Origin: Octopus vulgaris
Taxonomy: Eukaryota
DNA: 64,000 bases
Reading direction: 5' to 3'
NCBI GenBank assembly: GCA_951406725.2
Contig: OX597837.1
Location: forward strand, 17,236,001-17,300,000
Each line of letters begins with the position of its first letter. Position 1 is the stretch's first letter. Made by a program: the position numbers and the translations under genes. The notes beneath the pieces are model-generated. The model saw only the letters and a program-made list of their open reading frames with translations. It was not told the DNA's origin and made no database searches. Shown one piece after another: positions 28,016-42,500 of this stretch.

Positions 28016-31000
28016 AAAAGAAAACTAGAGGTAGAAAGGGTGTAAGAAATGAGAGAGAAAAGATGTGTGAAAGAAAAGATGCTGATGAAAGAAAATGTAT
28101 AAAGAGAATGAGAGAGGAAAGGGAATGATGAAGACAGGTCAGAAGATGTCAAAAAAAGAGTAGGATGGATGTAAATAGAACAGACAGACAAATGAATATA
28201 TAAATAGATAAGTAAATGAAAGAGGAAGAGAGGGATTGGAGAGAAAGGGATATGAGGAAGATGGATGACAGGTAGATAGATAGAAGAGAATGAGAGGGGG
28301 AGGAAGGAGAGAGACAGTTGAATAAGACTGACAAAACAGATAGATAGATAGACAAGGAGAGAGAGAAATTAATAAGAGAAACAAAGTGACAATAAACTGC
28401 AAATAATTACAAACCTTGCTAAAAGTGCTGCAAAGGACTGGGCACTTAAGAGAAAGACAGCTTTACCTTTGCTATAACCACGCTCCATGAAGAAATCTAT
28501 CATGATGACAACAACAGCACTGAGGGTACTGTTCATGATGCTTAGACTCAGCATTGTCAGCACATACCTACCAACAAGAGGATATGGGTCAGTCAGTGAA
28601 AATAGGGGTTTTAAACATGTAATCTTCAAAAGTAAGGTTTTGTTATTTGTATGCTGATGGTCAGACATTCAAAGATCAGATTGAAAATAGACAAAAGAAA
28701 GACAAAGAAAACAAGATAGACAGAAGAAAGACAAAGAAAACAAGATAGACAGACATAGAAAAGAGAGGTATAGAAAGGAGAGAGAGAGACACACACACAC
28801 ACATAGATAGAAAAGAGAAACAGACAGCGAGAAGAGTAAGGGAGAAGGATAAACAAAAGAGGGAGACACAAAAACAAGAGGAAGATAGCCTTCTAGACAT
28901 GAAAGAGAGTTAGTCCCTATCCTCACCAAAATCTTCAGTCAATTTCTCTTCAAGGATCTACCCAGACCTTTGGAAGCAAGTTACAGGGTGTTATGCTACA
29001 CCAGTAGCCTTTCACTCCCAAACCTCAGCTACATGCTATGCCAGATGTGCACTGATTCCAAAAAACAGACTTCACAATCTCTAATAAAGTCCTGTTGGAC
29101 TTGTCTCCTTCCAAAGCATAAAAGAGACAATCACAGCACATATCTAGAAAAGAATCAAATCATAAACAAACATGGTCAACCCTTGAGCTTTCAATTTCTA
29201 ATGGAATTGTACAAGTGCCAGTATAATAATCACATTTTCAGCTTAGCAGAATCTAACCTTGACCACAGATAAGGCATCACTCTCAGTACTTCATTTGTTG
29301 ACCCTGAAAGGGTAGAAGGTAAAGTGATTGTAGCAAGATTTGAACTCAGAGTGCTGAGACATGGAATGAATACTGCCAGACATTCTGTCCAATGTTCTAA
29401 TGACTGCTACCTCACCACTATGTTTTATCTCCAGCCATCAACTTGTAGTTTCTCAGGAACATCAACCATGTCAAACCCAATGTGGTTTCAGAGGGTCCTT
29501 GAAGGCAATGGTCACAGCCTATCCTCAAGGGTAAACTATCAATGAAAAAACAATGAGGGAGCAAGAGAGAGAGAGGAGAGAGAGAGATTGGCAGTCAGAG
29601 AGAAGTAAGAGAGAAGTGGGGCAGATAGGTACTTAGACAGAAAGTCAGAAACCTGTCATATAAATAAATACACACATATATATATATATATGTATGTGTG
29701 AGTGTTTGCATTTGTCCTCTACCACTTCCTGTCATCTGGTGTTGGTTTGATGAACTTAGCAGTTCATCAAAAGAGACTGATAGACAAAATATCAGGTTTA
29801 TAAAAATAAGAGCTAGGGTTGATCTGTTTGACTAGAATCTTTCAAGCCACTGCCCTAGCATGGCCCCTATGACTGAAACAAATAAAAGATAAGCAGTGGA
29901 CCAACAAGACAGCCCCCATTTAGTTACTAGATATGCTATAACAGCAATTAAATTTTCCTAAAATCACACTTAAAAAGGAAGGCAATATTGGACATTGTAA
30001 TCCAAAACAGGATATAGTGTGGTTGCAGTGGTACCTTCTACCATCATTATTTTATCTTCAGTTCACATCAAACCCATATTAACTTTCTCCCACTACAAAC
30101 TCATTGCCTTCTACATACTCATTAACCATCACTTTGCTCTACGCATACATACACACATACTAGCTATATCTCACCTCTCTCTACACACATGCACTCACAC
30201 ACACACTCACCATTTTTGTCCCCTCTGCCCATTAAATATCTCCCCTACGCATTAATCCTGTCATCCCTCTCCCCATTAAATGTCTCTCTCCCTTACACAT
30301 TTATCTTCTCACCCCTACACACTGGCCAACAAGTCAGTGCAGCCAGAAAAGCAGTTAAAATTCTCCTCATACCACACTGTCTTGTGTTAAGTAAATGCAG
30401 ACTAACACAATTCGGATAACAGCCCTGATGCATTGCCTGGAAAGAAGATAGGATGGCCATTGCTTGAATGTTCAGATCATTTGTCTATTTAATTAGAATT
30501 GACTTGGAACTAATCAGCAACAATGATAACAGCCAGCTTTACCTTACTCATTAAAAATTAAAAAAAGCAAATGTATCATAAAATTCAAAAATCCATAAAG
30601 CAAACATGCATTTTACAGACAATTAATGAAAGTACAAACTCTATGTAGCACCAACTTGGTATTTTTTAACACAGAGAAATTCCAGGTTTTCTTTTGAACA
30701 TCTGTATTTTGAACATCTGAAGAAGGAATAAGAATCGGCGAGGTGGCCAGCAAGCCAAACAATACAATATTGAGCAAGAACCCACTGATGATGAGCAATG
30801 TTCCTTGCCAGAAGTAGATTTCCATTAGAAAGTTGATGATGATAGGAAACAACAAGACTCCAGCTGGCCGGCCTGCTGTGAGAATCATGGTGAGCATTGA
30901 AGCATGGTTGTCAAACTTCTCACTAACTACCACCATTGAAGGAATGTAGACGACAGCATTTCCAATACCTAAAAGTAACACAAACAATTGTGAGTAATTC

Positions 31001-34000
31001 TGCCAAGGGTTGTAAATAAATCAATTATTTTCCTAGCAATCAATTAAATTTAATTGGGATACAGGCCAGTCAATTATTCCAATTAACGCCAATTAATTGT
31101 CAATTATTTTGCTGAATGTAAAAACACCATATATTTTGGAGTGTTAGCTTCAGTTTAGATTAGAGCCAAAATAATAGGAAAATAAAAGGCACGTCTTATA
31201 GTTTCTAAAAACTTTATCACCAGAAAATGTTCAAAGTTCAATTTTATTGATTTAGAATAGGGAACAAACATGTATACTCTACATTGTACAGTAGCTGAAA
31301 AACAAATAAATTGAAGATCTTTAATTGAAAGAGTTTCTCAAACGAGTAGCACAGTTAAAATGTTCTAATATAGCAAAAGGTCATGAACGATTGCAGATTT
31401 CTGAAACTAGGTCTTCATCCCAGAAAGCTCAATTGACTTTTAGAAATAATTGCATTTTTAATCATTAACTGCATAACCTGCAGAGCTGAAGTAACAAAAA
31501 TCTACAGTTCAAATATTGCAGAGGTAAAATTTATCTTTTTTGTGGTTTTTCAAATTGAAGCAAAATCATCATCTACAGGTAAATCAGACTGTTGTGACAT
31601 GTCTGATGGAGAGCAGCCACTTCATCTGCAGTTGGCTCTGCTTCTACATGTTGTAAAATTTTCACAACTCCACTTCCAAATTCAGGCTGTGCACAATGGC
31701 TGCCGATGGAAGCAAATATTTTTTGAACCCCTTGTAAGGATACAATGCAAGAATTTCATCAAAAAGAATTCAAGCATCTCCCAAATCTATTTCTGTTCTT
31801 TGCAAGATAACTGTTATTGAGTGTAACTTTCCTAAATTGTCTTTTAGACTCTGCAGATCATTCAGATCATGTGGAGCCAACAGATAACCAACCAGCTTTG
31901 GATCACCTTGAAAAGCTTGAGTTGGAGGTACCTCTCAATCATGTCATAAGTAGTGGACCAACAGGTTTTATTTCTTTGTATAGGTTGTAAAGGCATTTTT
32001 CCCTGAAGTTTACCCGCAAGTTTTGATGATTTTAGCTTGCCCATCAACATATTAATTTTATCAAATAGAACTTCAGCTAGATTGAATTTATGAGAGGCAC
32101 CATCCAATTAATGGTATTCTACATAAATTTGCTATAGATTTGTTCACTTCACTATTATCTCTGGTAATAGCTACAACATTTAAACATTTTTGTTATAGAT
32201 AGGCATAGCAGTGGCTGTGTGGTAAGTAGCTTGCTTACCAACCACATGGTTCTGAGTTCAGTCCCACTGCATGGTACTTGGGCAAGTGTCTTCTACTATA
32301 ACCTCGGGCCGACCAAAGGCTTGTGAGTGGATTTGGTAGACAGAAACTGAAAGAAGCTCATCGTATATATGTTTATATATATATATATATGTACGTATGT
32401 GTATATGTTTGTGTGTCTGTGTTTGTGCCCCCCAACATTGCTTGACAACCAATGCTGGTGTGCTTATGTACCCGTAACTTAGCAGTTCGGCAAAAGAGAC
32501 CGATAGAATAAGTACTAGGCTTACAAAGAATAAGTCCTGGGGTCGATTTGCTCGACCAAAGGCAGTGCTCCAGCATGGTCACAGTCAAATGACTGAAACA
32601 AGTAAAAGAGAAAAAGAAAGAGAATACTTAACACATACTCTATAAATTTGACATAATTAGAAGCAGTGAATGATGCTTCTCTTACCAACAATACAATACA
32701 ATGCCAAAATAGTATAATAGTAATTTTGATAATTGCATGAATTAAATGCAAAAAGTTCAATGAAATGTGGCGAACCCTTAGTCCAACCATCGATTACCAT
32801 TGAAAATTTACTTGGAAGTTCATCAGATATTTTCTTTTCCACTTCTTGAGTAAGTTTCTCCATGTATTTCTTTAAGGTCACATTTGTCATACTTTCCAAG
32901 TTTGTGTATTTATGAGTCAGTGGGTCTTTAGTAAGGGAAAATCCAACCATAAACATTTAAGACCGAGCGACTGACCAAACTACTTCATGGTGAAAGAAAA
33001 CTCAATAAGGATGGTTGTCCAGTTGTTTGTGTAGTAGAATACTCTAGATGCTGGCTTTTTATATGATTCATAAGAGTTGTCCATCCAGTTCCTTTTTTTC
33101 GGGTCAACTTTTTTCCACACTTGCATTTCCACTGTCCACTGTCTGTTTAGTTAAAATATTTTCTAATGATTTGCTTGTTTTCACACGGCATGGGTTAGTT
33201 TAAGATAAAAGATATTTTTCCGCAATTTAAAATAGAAGATATTTTGCCACAGTTTAAAATAGAAGGTATTTTGCCACTCTGCTGATGAAAGTCTGATTCA
33301 GTTAATATGATGGAGCGAAATTCAAGATACAACCATGTTGCAGGCGAAGTTACGATTTGATGACTTGAAGACAAAATGTGTGAATCATTCTCGCAGTCAG
33401 AACCAAGAATCACTCAACAGCGATTATTTGACAACATACACAATAGCCAGTTCCCAAACACAACAGAATGTGTGAATCATTCTTAGCAGTCCTAACCAAG
33501 CATCAACACTTGACAGTGGTTATTTGACAAGATACACAATAGCCAATTCCCAAGCATGATAAAATGTGTAACATTCTCAACAGTCTGAATCAAGCATCAA
33601 CACTTGACAACAAACAAAATAGTCAATTCCTAAGCACAACAGAATGTGTGAATCGTTCTCAGCAATCAGAACAAAGCATCAACACAATATCTTAAATAAT
33701 AATAGAACGCTGTATTTGTATTTGAACGTTGAATGAAGTATGAGCTATTTGAAAAACTTTCGCTGACAATGTTGCAAGTAACTGCAATTAATTGATATGA
33801 TAGCAATCAATTATTTAATTGGCAGTACGACTCCAATCAATTAATTGGACCAATATATTGCAATTAATTTTTTACAGCCCTTGGATTCTGCAAAAAAAGA
33901 GGCCTGAAAATGACATTATAAAAGGTAGCTAAATGTAGAGAATGCGTGGGAGAAGGAGAATCTGCCTACTGAGGGACTAGCTATCTGAATCGATAGTAGC

Positions 34001-37000
34001 TTGGTAGATGAAGCAATTAAGGATATGAAGACAAGAAGAGCCCCCTCCCCTGTCCATCAGGAATCGCCATTGAGATGCTTCAAATATCTGGCTAAGTGGA
34101 ATATAGCTTAGTCACCTTTATAATTAATCCAGTTGTCCACGAGGAAGTCATACCCAATGATTGGTGTAGCAGCATTATAACCAACTGCTACAAAAGCAAA
34201 GGTGATGCTTTAGACAGAAATAATTACAGAGCTATCAAATAGCTGGATAAGGTGTTGAAAGTCACATAAAGGGTCATAGCTCAATTAAGTTGGAAGAGAG
34301 TTAGTATAAATCAGATGTTTGGATTTGTGCCAGGTAGAAGCATGAGTGATGCTATACTCATGGTTAGGCAACTTCAGGGGAAATATTTAGCCAAAAATAA
34401 ACCTTTGTCTTTGGCTTTTGTTGACATGGAGAAAACCTCTGACATGGTCTCCTACTCCCCTCTCTGGTGGTCATGCAGGAGCTAGGGATAGATGAGTGGT
34501 TAGTGAGAGCTGTACAAGCCATGTACAGGGATGCTGGCCATAAGGTGAAGATTGGCAATGAGTATAGTAATGAATTCAATGTACAGATGGGAGTTCACCA
34601 AGGATCAGTTCTCTCCCTGCTCTTGTTCATTTTAGTTCTCCAGGCCTTAACAAAAGAATTCAAGACTAGCTGCCCCTGGGAGCTCCTCTATGCTGATGAC
34701 CTTGTTCTTATAGCTGAATGACTACTTGATCTAGAAAAGAAATTTTAGGTATGGAAGCAATGCCTGGACTCTAAGGGCCTAAGAGTTAATTTAGCAAAAA
34801 ACAAAGTAGGAAAATGGACAAATCACAAGTCCCTTCAGGGAGATGGTCCTGCTTGATATGTAAGAAGGGAGTTGATAGAAACTTCATACGTTGTACAAGC
34901 TATGGACACTTAAGAGGTGTAGATGTATCACAGGAAGGTTAACAGAAAAAGTAGTCTTTGAGTGTGAAAGATGTGCAGCTACAATAAACACTAAGAATTT
35001 ACAGCAAGTAGACTCCCTCAAATGTTTAGGGGGATCCTTTGAAGTAGCATATGGTTTCCATTAGCTAGGTGACCAAGTAAGCAGTGGAGGAGGAAGTTCT
35101 GTAAGTGTAGTTGCTACAATAAGAACAGGCTGGGAAAAGTTCAGAGAGCTTCTACCTTTGTTGGTAACTAAGGGCCTCTTCCTCAGAGTGAAAAGTATAT
35201 TGTGTGATGCCTGTGCTACATGGCAGTGAAACATGGGCTTTGACTACAGAAGACTTGTGAAGGATTGAAAGAAATAAAGCTAGCATGTTCAAATGGATGG
35301 GTAATATCAATGTGTACACATGGCAGACTGCAACAGATTTAAGGGGAAAACTGGATATAAAAGGTATCAGATGTTGTATGCAAGAGAGAAGACTGCACTG
35401 GTTTGGTCATGTGATGCTTATGGACGAGGACAGCTGCATAAAGAAGTATCAATCTCTAATTGTGGAAGGAACCTGTGGAAGGAGTAATCCCAAGAAGATG
35501 TGGGACAAAGTGGTGAGAAAGGATTTTCAGTTGCTGGACCTGACACAGGAAATGACAAGGGATCGGGAGTTGTGGTGATTTGCTGTACTTGAAAAGATGC
35601 ATCAAGCTAAATGAAATTGCTGTCATCCATACACACAGACTTGTCCTTTACAGGTGTTGGTGTCACATAAAATGCACTCATGCTGGTGCTGCATAAACAT
35701 ACCCATGCCAGTGGTACATATAAAGCGCCCAGTACACACTTTAAAGTGGTTGGTATTAGGAAGGGCATCCAGTTTTGGAAATCATGCCACAACAGACAAT
35801 TAGAGTCTGGACAGCTGGGGAGCTATCTAGCCCCTGTCAAACCATCCAACCTAAGCCAGTATGGAGAACAGACATTAAATGATGATGATGATGACGATAT
35901 TCAATGAAATGGGTTTTGTCCAATTTGTCCTAAACTAACATAACTACAGCAAAATGTTGACTAAGTGAGAGATCCTGTATGAAGATTATTAGGGGAGAGA
36001 CAAATCATTACATGAGCCAATATAGGAGCCTCTTAAGCCAATAAAGGTACCTCTTTGTGAAATAATGACAGGCTTTATATGAGTTAAGAAGAATGCAACA
36101 ATGTGAGACAGTGACAGAGCCTAATGATTGGACTGATGCATATTCAATCCACCCAACCACCATCCTTAACACTTTATCTATGTCAGCCAACATGAAGCCT
36201 ATGCATAAAGGGTTGCACAAGATCTGTTTGTACCTGATACATGCTACTATCATGCTCTCTGTACAGCTAGTCAATCCTCCTTCCCTGGCCACTCATTATC
36301 GACATGCACTACTCTCTCTTACTGTAGTCCTCCTCTATTATTATTCATTCCTCTCTCTACAACCTTCTCATCCCTATCACTCTAATTCTACCATCACACT
36401 CTTGTTCTGTTCACCCATCCATCCTTGTTCTTTGGTCATCATTCTCCGTTCTATATACCTTTTTTGGTCAAGATGCATGGAGGGACTCTTTAGTCTTACA
36501 AGGTACAAGCTAACCTCTAAAATGCTGGTGTCATGATAAAATGCACCCAGTACACTGTATAAAATGGTTGGTAGATGAGCTAAGACAAAGCTGCATCAAG
36601 AAGACACTTTAGCCTTGTTGAAGCGATGACAAATTCTCTACTGCTGGTGCCATGATAAAATGCACCCAGTACATTATATAAAACATTTAACAATGGAAAG
36701 GGCATCAAGTCACAAAATCTTAGCCAAAAAGGAAATGTATAAATGAGTGTAGATCCTCTGACTTATCTATGAAGGTAATAACTTCAAATAAGAACTGACA
36801 CAAATTGTGAAAATCAAGTCAACTCACACTACAGGGAAAAGTAGACACAACTTTGAAGATTATGATACTACTAGCTTTAGAGTTTTTCTCCAATAAAATT
36901 CCTCACAAAAGGTATTAGTTAGTCTGGGTCTAAGAGCAGTGCTGATACTGATGTCAACAAGTTGTTTGCTAGCTTCACAACATTGAAGACATGTAGAATA

Positions 37001-39504
37001 AGATAACCATTACTTGAAAAATAGTTAAGTGTCAGCAATTATGGAGTAGGTATGAAAAAATAGGAGTAGAAAAGAAAAAAAGGAAAAACAAAGGAAAAAG
37101 TACAAAAAAGACATGAAGAAGCATTACACAATGCAATGTAGCCCCAACAGAAGTTGCTGGAAAAACATAGGTGGGATTGGCTGAAGAAAGAGACTGAGAG
37201 CACTATACTGGTATTGCAAGACCAAGCTTTGACCACAAATTGGTGGATCAACCTTAGGAATGAGCAACCTTAGGAATAAGCTGTTCTACTGAAGGCACAA
37301 TGCTTGAAATTTTGTGGAAAAGGGACTAGTTGATTATGTTGAACCCCAATGTTTCACTGGTACTTAATTTATTGACCCCGAAAGGGTGAAAGGCAAAATC
37401 GACCTCGGCAGAATTTGAACTCAGAACGTAAAGACAGACGAAATGCCACAAAGTATTTTGCCCAGTGTGCTAATTCTACCAGCAATAACAGTAATAATAA
37501 TAGAAGATTTACCAGAGAAATTAATACAATAAGGTAGTGTTGGGTAGAGTATTCTGTGATATTCCGTCTGGCTCTTTGTACTCAGTTCAAATCTTATTAC
37601 AGACAGCTTTGCCTTTCATCTTTTCCAGATCAGTAAATGGAGAACCAAGATCAATTCTTTTTTCTCTTCCTTACCCATTTTTTAAAAATCTCTTTCTCTC
37701 TTTGTTCAGACCTTAAAGAAGAGAAGTTTTGCTAGGTATAAAAGCTTAAGACACACCATGTATCAAAATGGTGTCCCTACAACTCCATCAGGAGTAGGGA
37801 GCTCAAAGAAAGGAGAATAGATTCATGTTATCTGTTTCCCATTCTTTAATATTTGGATAATTTGCCATTTCTCTGAGAGATGCAATATCATCTGTTGATG
37901 CTGATGCTTCGATTGGGAGACATTTCTTTTCCTAGTATCCCTTGATAACAGTATCTGGTTGATTATCCTTAATTTCCCTGCAGTATGTAGAGGCATATTC
38001 TAGAGTATTGTCACTTTTTCATTCTCAAAGACCTTTTTCCTTTTTTTTTCTGTTAGTATTTCATACTGTTATGATGATAGACATTAACACACCTGTGTGT
38101 TTAAAAGATGGACTCAGATTGTTATACTGTTGATGACATCAGAGGGCATTTTATAATCTTGTGTTTTTGGCGAGTAAAAATGAAAAGTCCATCTTGTGAA
38201 GACATTGGTTTTTACCTCTACTTTATTAAATTATATATCCAAAAGTCTTAAGGATATAAAAGTGGTAACGAGATATTTGAAGCTTGTGTTGGACATTAGA
38301 ATTTTTTTGGTACAAAATCAAAAATAAAAATCATTAACATGGAAAACTTATTGGCTTGCGAGGTGCAGTTGTAACATTTACACCTTCAACAGCAACAGCA
38401 ACATCAACAGCAGCAACTTCAACAGCAACAACAACAATACAAACAGTTTCTGGAATTAATGTTGAAGAAGTCTGAAAATACTTCAGGTTTGTTCTCACCA
38501 GACAGCATAGCAAACTCAATTGGAGAATTTATTTATAACCCAGGATATACTAATTTTCTGCATATTTTAGAAGATATGAAGAAATCTTCAAAGAAGAATG
38601 TAAAATTTGGAATGACAAGAAGCAGGTGCGACTACTTTTAAGAAAGTTATCCCCTGCCGAACATGAAAAATACTATAATTATATTCTGTCACAGAAACCA
38701 GGTGAGATTTGTTTCAATGAAACAATTTTTTATCAAAAATTTTCAGTGAAAGAAGTTCCCTGTTCAATACTCACTGGCAGTGTTTAAATTTAGTTAAAAA
38801 AAGATGATGAAGATTTCGCCTCCTATCCTGGGACACGTTCAAAAGGGCACTAAAGATATCCAGAAATGAGTTAGTGGCTGATATAGCATTGACACAATTC
38901 CTGGGAGTTTACTGTGTAATGCCAAACTTTAATACCTTTTCAGGCAAGTCGTCTGCTGAAATGATTATTTACAAGAAAAATTAGGTCAGTTATTACCTGG
39001 AAGAAAAATGAAAACTAGGGAAAAATTCAAATTGAATGAATTAATCCCAGACTTGTCTAATTTTTGTTTAAGGGCTAACTGCAGGCAAAGATGTTGATAT
39101 ACATTAGAACAGGACCAAAAATTAACTTTACAGGCAGTGGCTGAAGAATGCTAGAAGATTATAAATTTAAGACATGATGTGGATAAAATTGAAGAAAAAG
39201 ATTGCTCTCACATACATGCGTGTTGACCTAAAACAGATAAGGAAAAAGGAAAACAAACATCAAGACCAAATCTACGCTAGGGGTGCGGAGGTTTACATTT
39301 TAAGAGTAGCTCTTCTTTTAAAAATCTTAAATGTTTTGAGTGTGGAAAAATTGGACATACAAACTCACATTGTATAGTGAATCAAAAAAAAAAAGGGTCA
39401 ACTTTGGCCTAAGACCTAAAGAAAAATATCTGTGGGAATATGGCGTAATGGTTAAGAGCGCGGGCTACTAACCCCAAGATTCTGAGTTCAATTCCAGGCA
39501 GTGA

Positions 39505-39549
<45 letters not shown>

Positions 39550-42500
39550 CAACATCAAAAAATACCTTAGGAATGAGAACCCAGGTTTGACAACTGATGA
39601 AGGCTGGAGGGTATATCAGCACAAACGTGTTAACAACAAACAAGATGGGGACAAATATCAGTCAAATGTAAATAATAAAGAAAATTCGTGTCCATAAAAT
39701 TGAATAATGTTAATATCAAGTTACATTTGGATACAGGCAGTGATACCATGATAATTATTACAGATACATGGATAAAAATAGGGAAACCTAGATTAAAGGA
39801 ATCTTTGAAAATTGCACGAGGTGTTGCAGGAAAAAAATGGCATTTTATGAGCGAAATGATAAGTGATGCTACATTTTATGGAAAAACCTTGAAAGTCAAA
39901 GTTTTTGTGTTGAAAAATACAACAAATTTATTTGGAACAGATTGAATGGAATTATTTGACTTATGGGACCTCCCCATAAATATTTTTTGTCAAAATGTGA
40001 ATGGTTCTTCCACCAGTACTAAGGCTTTGGAGGATTCAAAAAAAGAATTTAAAACAATTTTTCCCTAAGTTTTTTCTAATGAATTGGATCTTTGCACCAA
40101 AACAGAGGTGAATTTTCAAGTGAAAGAAAATGCTATACTGGTATTTAAACCAAAATGAACTGCACCATTTGCAGCGTTGAAACAAGTAAATGAAGAATTG
40201 GATAGACTTGAAAAGTTTGGCATTATTGAAAAAACTGATTACACAAAATAGGCATCCCCAACAGTTTATGTCATGAAAAAAAATAATAAAATCTAAGTAT
40301 GCACTGATTTTTTCAACAAGTTTAAACAAATGTTTGATGCCATTACCAAGTCCAGAGGAAATTTTTACAAAGTTGAATGGAGGAAGATTTTTTCAAAGTT
40401 GGTCCTTTCTGAAGCACACTTGCAGGTAAAAGTTGATGAGGAATGTTCAAAATTATTGACAGTAAATACTTATAAAGAGTTGTTTAAAATTTAATTGACT
40501 TCCTTTTGATATAAAGGTAGCACCTGGCATTTTCCAACAAGTTATGGACACTATGCTTGCAGGTTCAGATTTCACTATAGCTTACCTTGACAACATACTC
40601 CTAAAAAGTGAATCTTGGGGTTAGCATGCTGAGCATGTTAAAAAGATATTTAAAAAAATAAAAGAATATGGGTTTAAGCTCAATGAGGAAAAGTGTGAAT
40701 TTTTTATGCCAAGAATAAAATATCTGGGGCAGATTATCAATGAAAATAGACACAGATCAGACCTGTCTAGGGTGAGTGCAATAAAAGTATGCCTCCCTCA
40801 ACAAACATTACAGTGTTACAAGGGGCTTGAAAATTACTACCAAGTATATATACCGAATATGCATGATTTAAGAGCATCTCTGAATAACTTGTTAAAAAAA
40901 TACATTAAGTGGACAAATGCCAAAAAGCTTTTGAAGAAATTAAGAACATTTTAACCTGAATTCAAAAATAGTAGTGGCATCAGATGCTAGTGAAAGTGAT
41001 ATTGGGGCAGTGATTTTATCATAAAAATGAGTTTATCATAAAAACGAAAAATAGTGAGATCAGAAGAAACAATTAACAAAATACATGTAGCTGGACATAA
41101 CACAGTTTTGAATTTGCATTCGATATGTGATAATGTGTTTATGTATGCATAGAGGGTCAAATGCCTGCCTTACAACAAAATCGAATGTTAAAGGCATTCC
41201 ACAAAGGACAGCCGGGAATTTCTAGGATGAAGTTGCTTATGAGGAGTTATGTTTACTGGCCGAAAATGGATCTAGACATTGAGAAGTTGGTAAAATCCTG
41301 CAGAGATTGTGCTCTTGCAGCGTAATCACCACCTATAAAATTTCAACCTTGGCCCAAGACCAATATTCCATGGACCAGGCTACACGTAGACTTCACAGGA
41401 CCATTAAAACGATTATATTATCTAATAATGGTAAATAGCTTTACAAAATGGCCAGAAATGTGTAAATGTAGAAAACTGACCTCCATGGTAACAGATGAAT
41501 TTCTACACGAACTTTTTGCAAGGTATGGTGTCATGGATACCATAGTCTCCAATAACAGTACACAATTTACGGCGGATGAATTTAAGAATTTTGCAAGATG
41601 TACTCAATTGAACATATCATTATTGCTCCGTATCATCCAAGATTGAACAGACAAGCTGGACACTTTGTGGACATGTTCAAAAGGGCACTAAAGATATCCA
41701 GAAATGAGTTAGTGACTGATGTAACATTGACACAATTCCTGAGAGTTTACTGGGTAATGCCAAACCCTAATACCATTTCAGGCAAGTCGCCAGTTGAAAT
41801 GATGTTTGCAAGAAAAATTAGGTCAGTTATTACCTGGAAGAAAAATGAAAACTAGGGAAAACACTCAAAATACGACCAAGTATTTTAAAACTGGTGATAA
41901 GGTGTCTTTCAGAGTGTATAGAAATGGAAAAGAAGGTTGAGAAGACAGCAAAATAATAAAACTGGTTGGTAAAATGATGTACATGGTGAAAGGTTTGAAA
42001 TGGGAACATAAAAGACACATAAATCAACTGAAAAGAAGATTTGCTGAAGAAAGGGTTATGAGGAAAGAAGTACCCATGGAAGTTCTCTACAATATTTTTG
42101 ATGTGCCAACTCCACAAGAAATCGTTGAACGAAGGTGTAACAGTACAAGAAAAAGAAAACATACAAAATTGTTGGCGGTAGTTCCAAAAAAGGAAAATAT
42201 TCAGTTTCAAATGGAAGTAAATCTCAGAAAGGGAGATGTGGTGTAGAAAAAAAAAATTCACTTCCAACAAAAGTCAATCTCAAAAGGGAAGATGTTGTAG
42301 TGATAGACATTAACACACCTATGTGTTTAAAAGATGTTTTATCGTTGACATCAGAGGGTGTTTTTAAATTTTGCCTTTGTGGTGAGTAAAAATAAAAAGC
42401 ATGTTGTGAAGACATTGATTTTTACCATTGCTTCATCAAATTATATATCCAAATATTTTAAGGATATAAAAAGTATGTAGAGGCATATCCCAGAGTATGG

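Larger units (their letters stand above)
31004..33883 (-). mobile_element. hAT DNA transposon, degenerate, with TIRs and an 8-bp TSD
   Basis: TIRs CAAGGGTTGTAAA / TTTACAGCCCTTG; TSD aattctgc (30996-31003) / gattctgc (33884-33891); transposase motifs VIDGWT, ASHKFNLA, NKTCWSTTYDM; subterminal caattaatt repeats. Confidence 0.92.
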
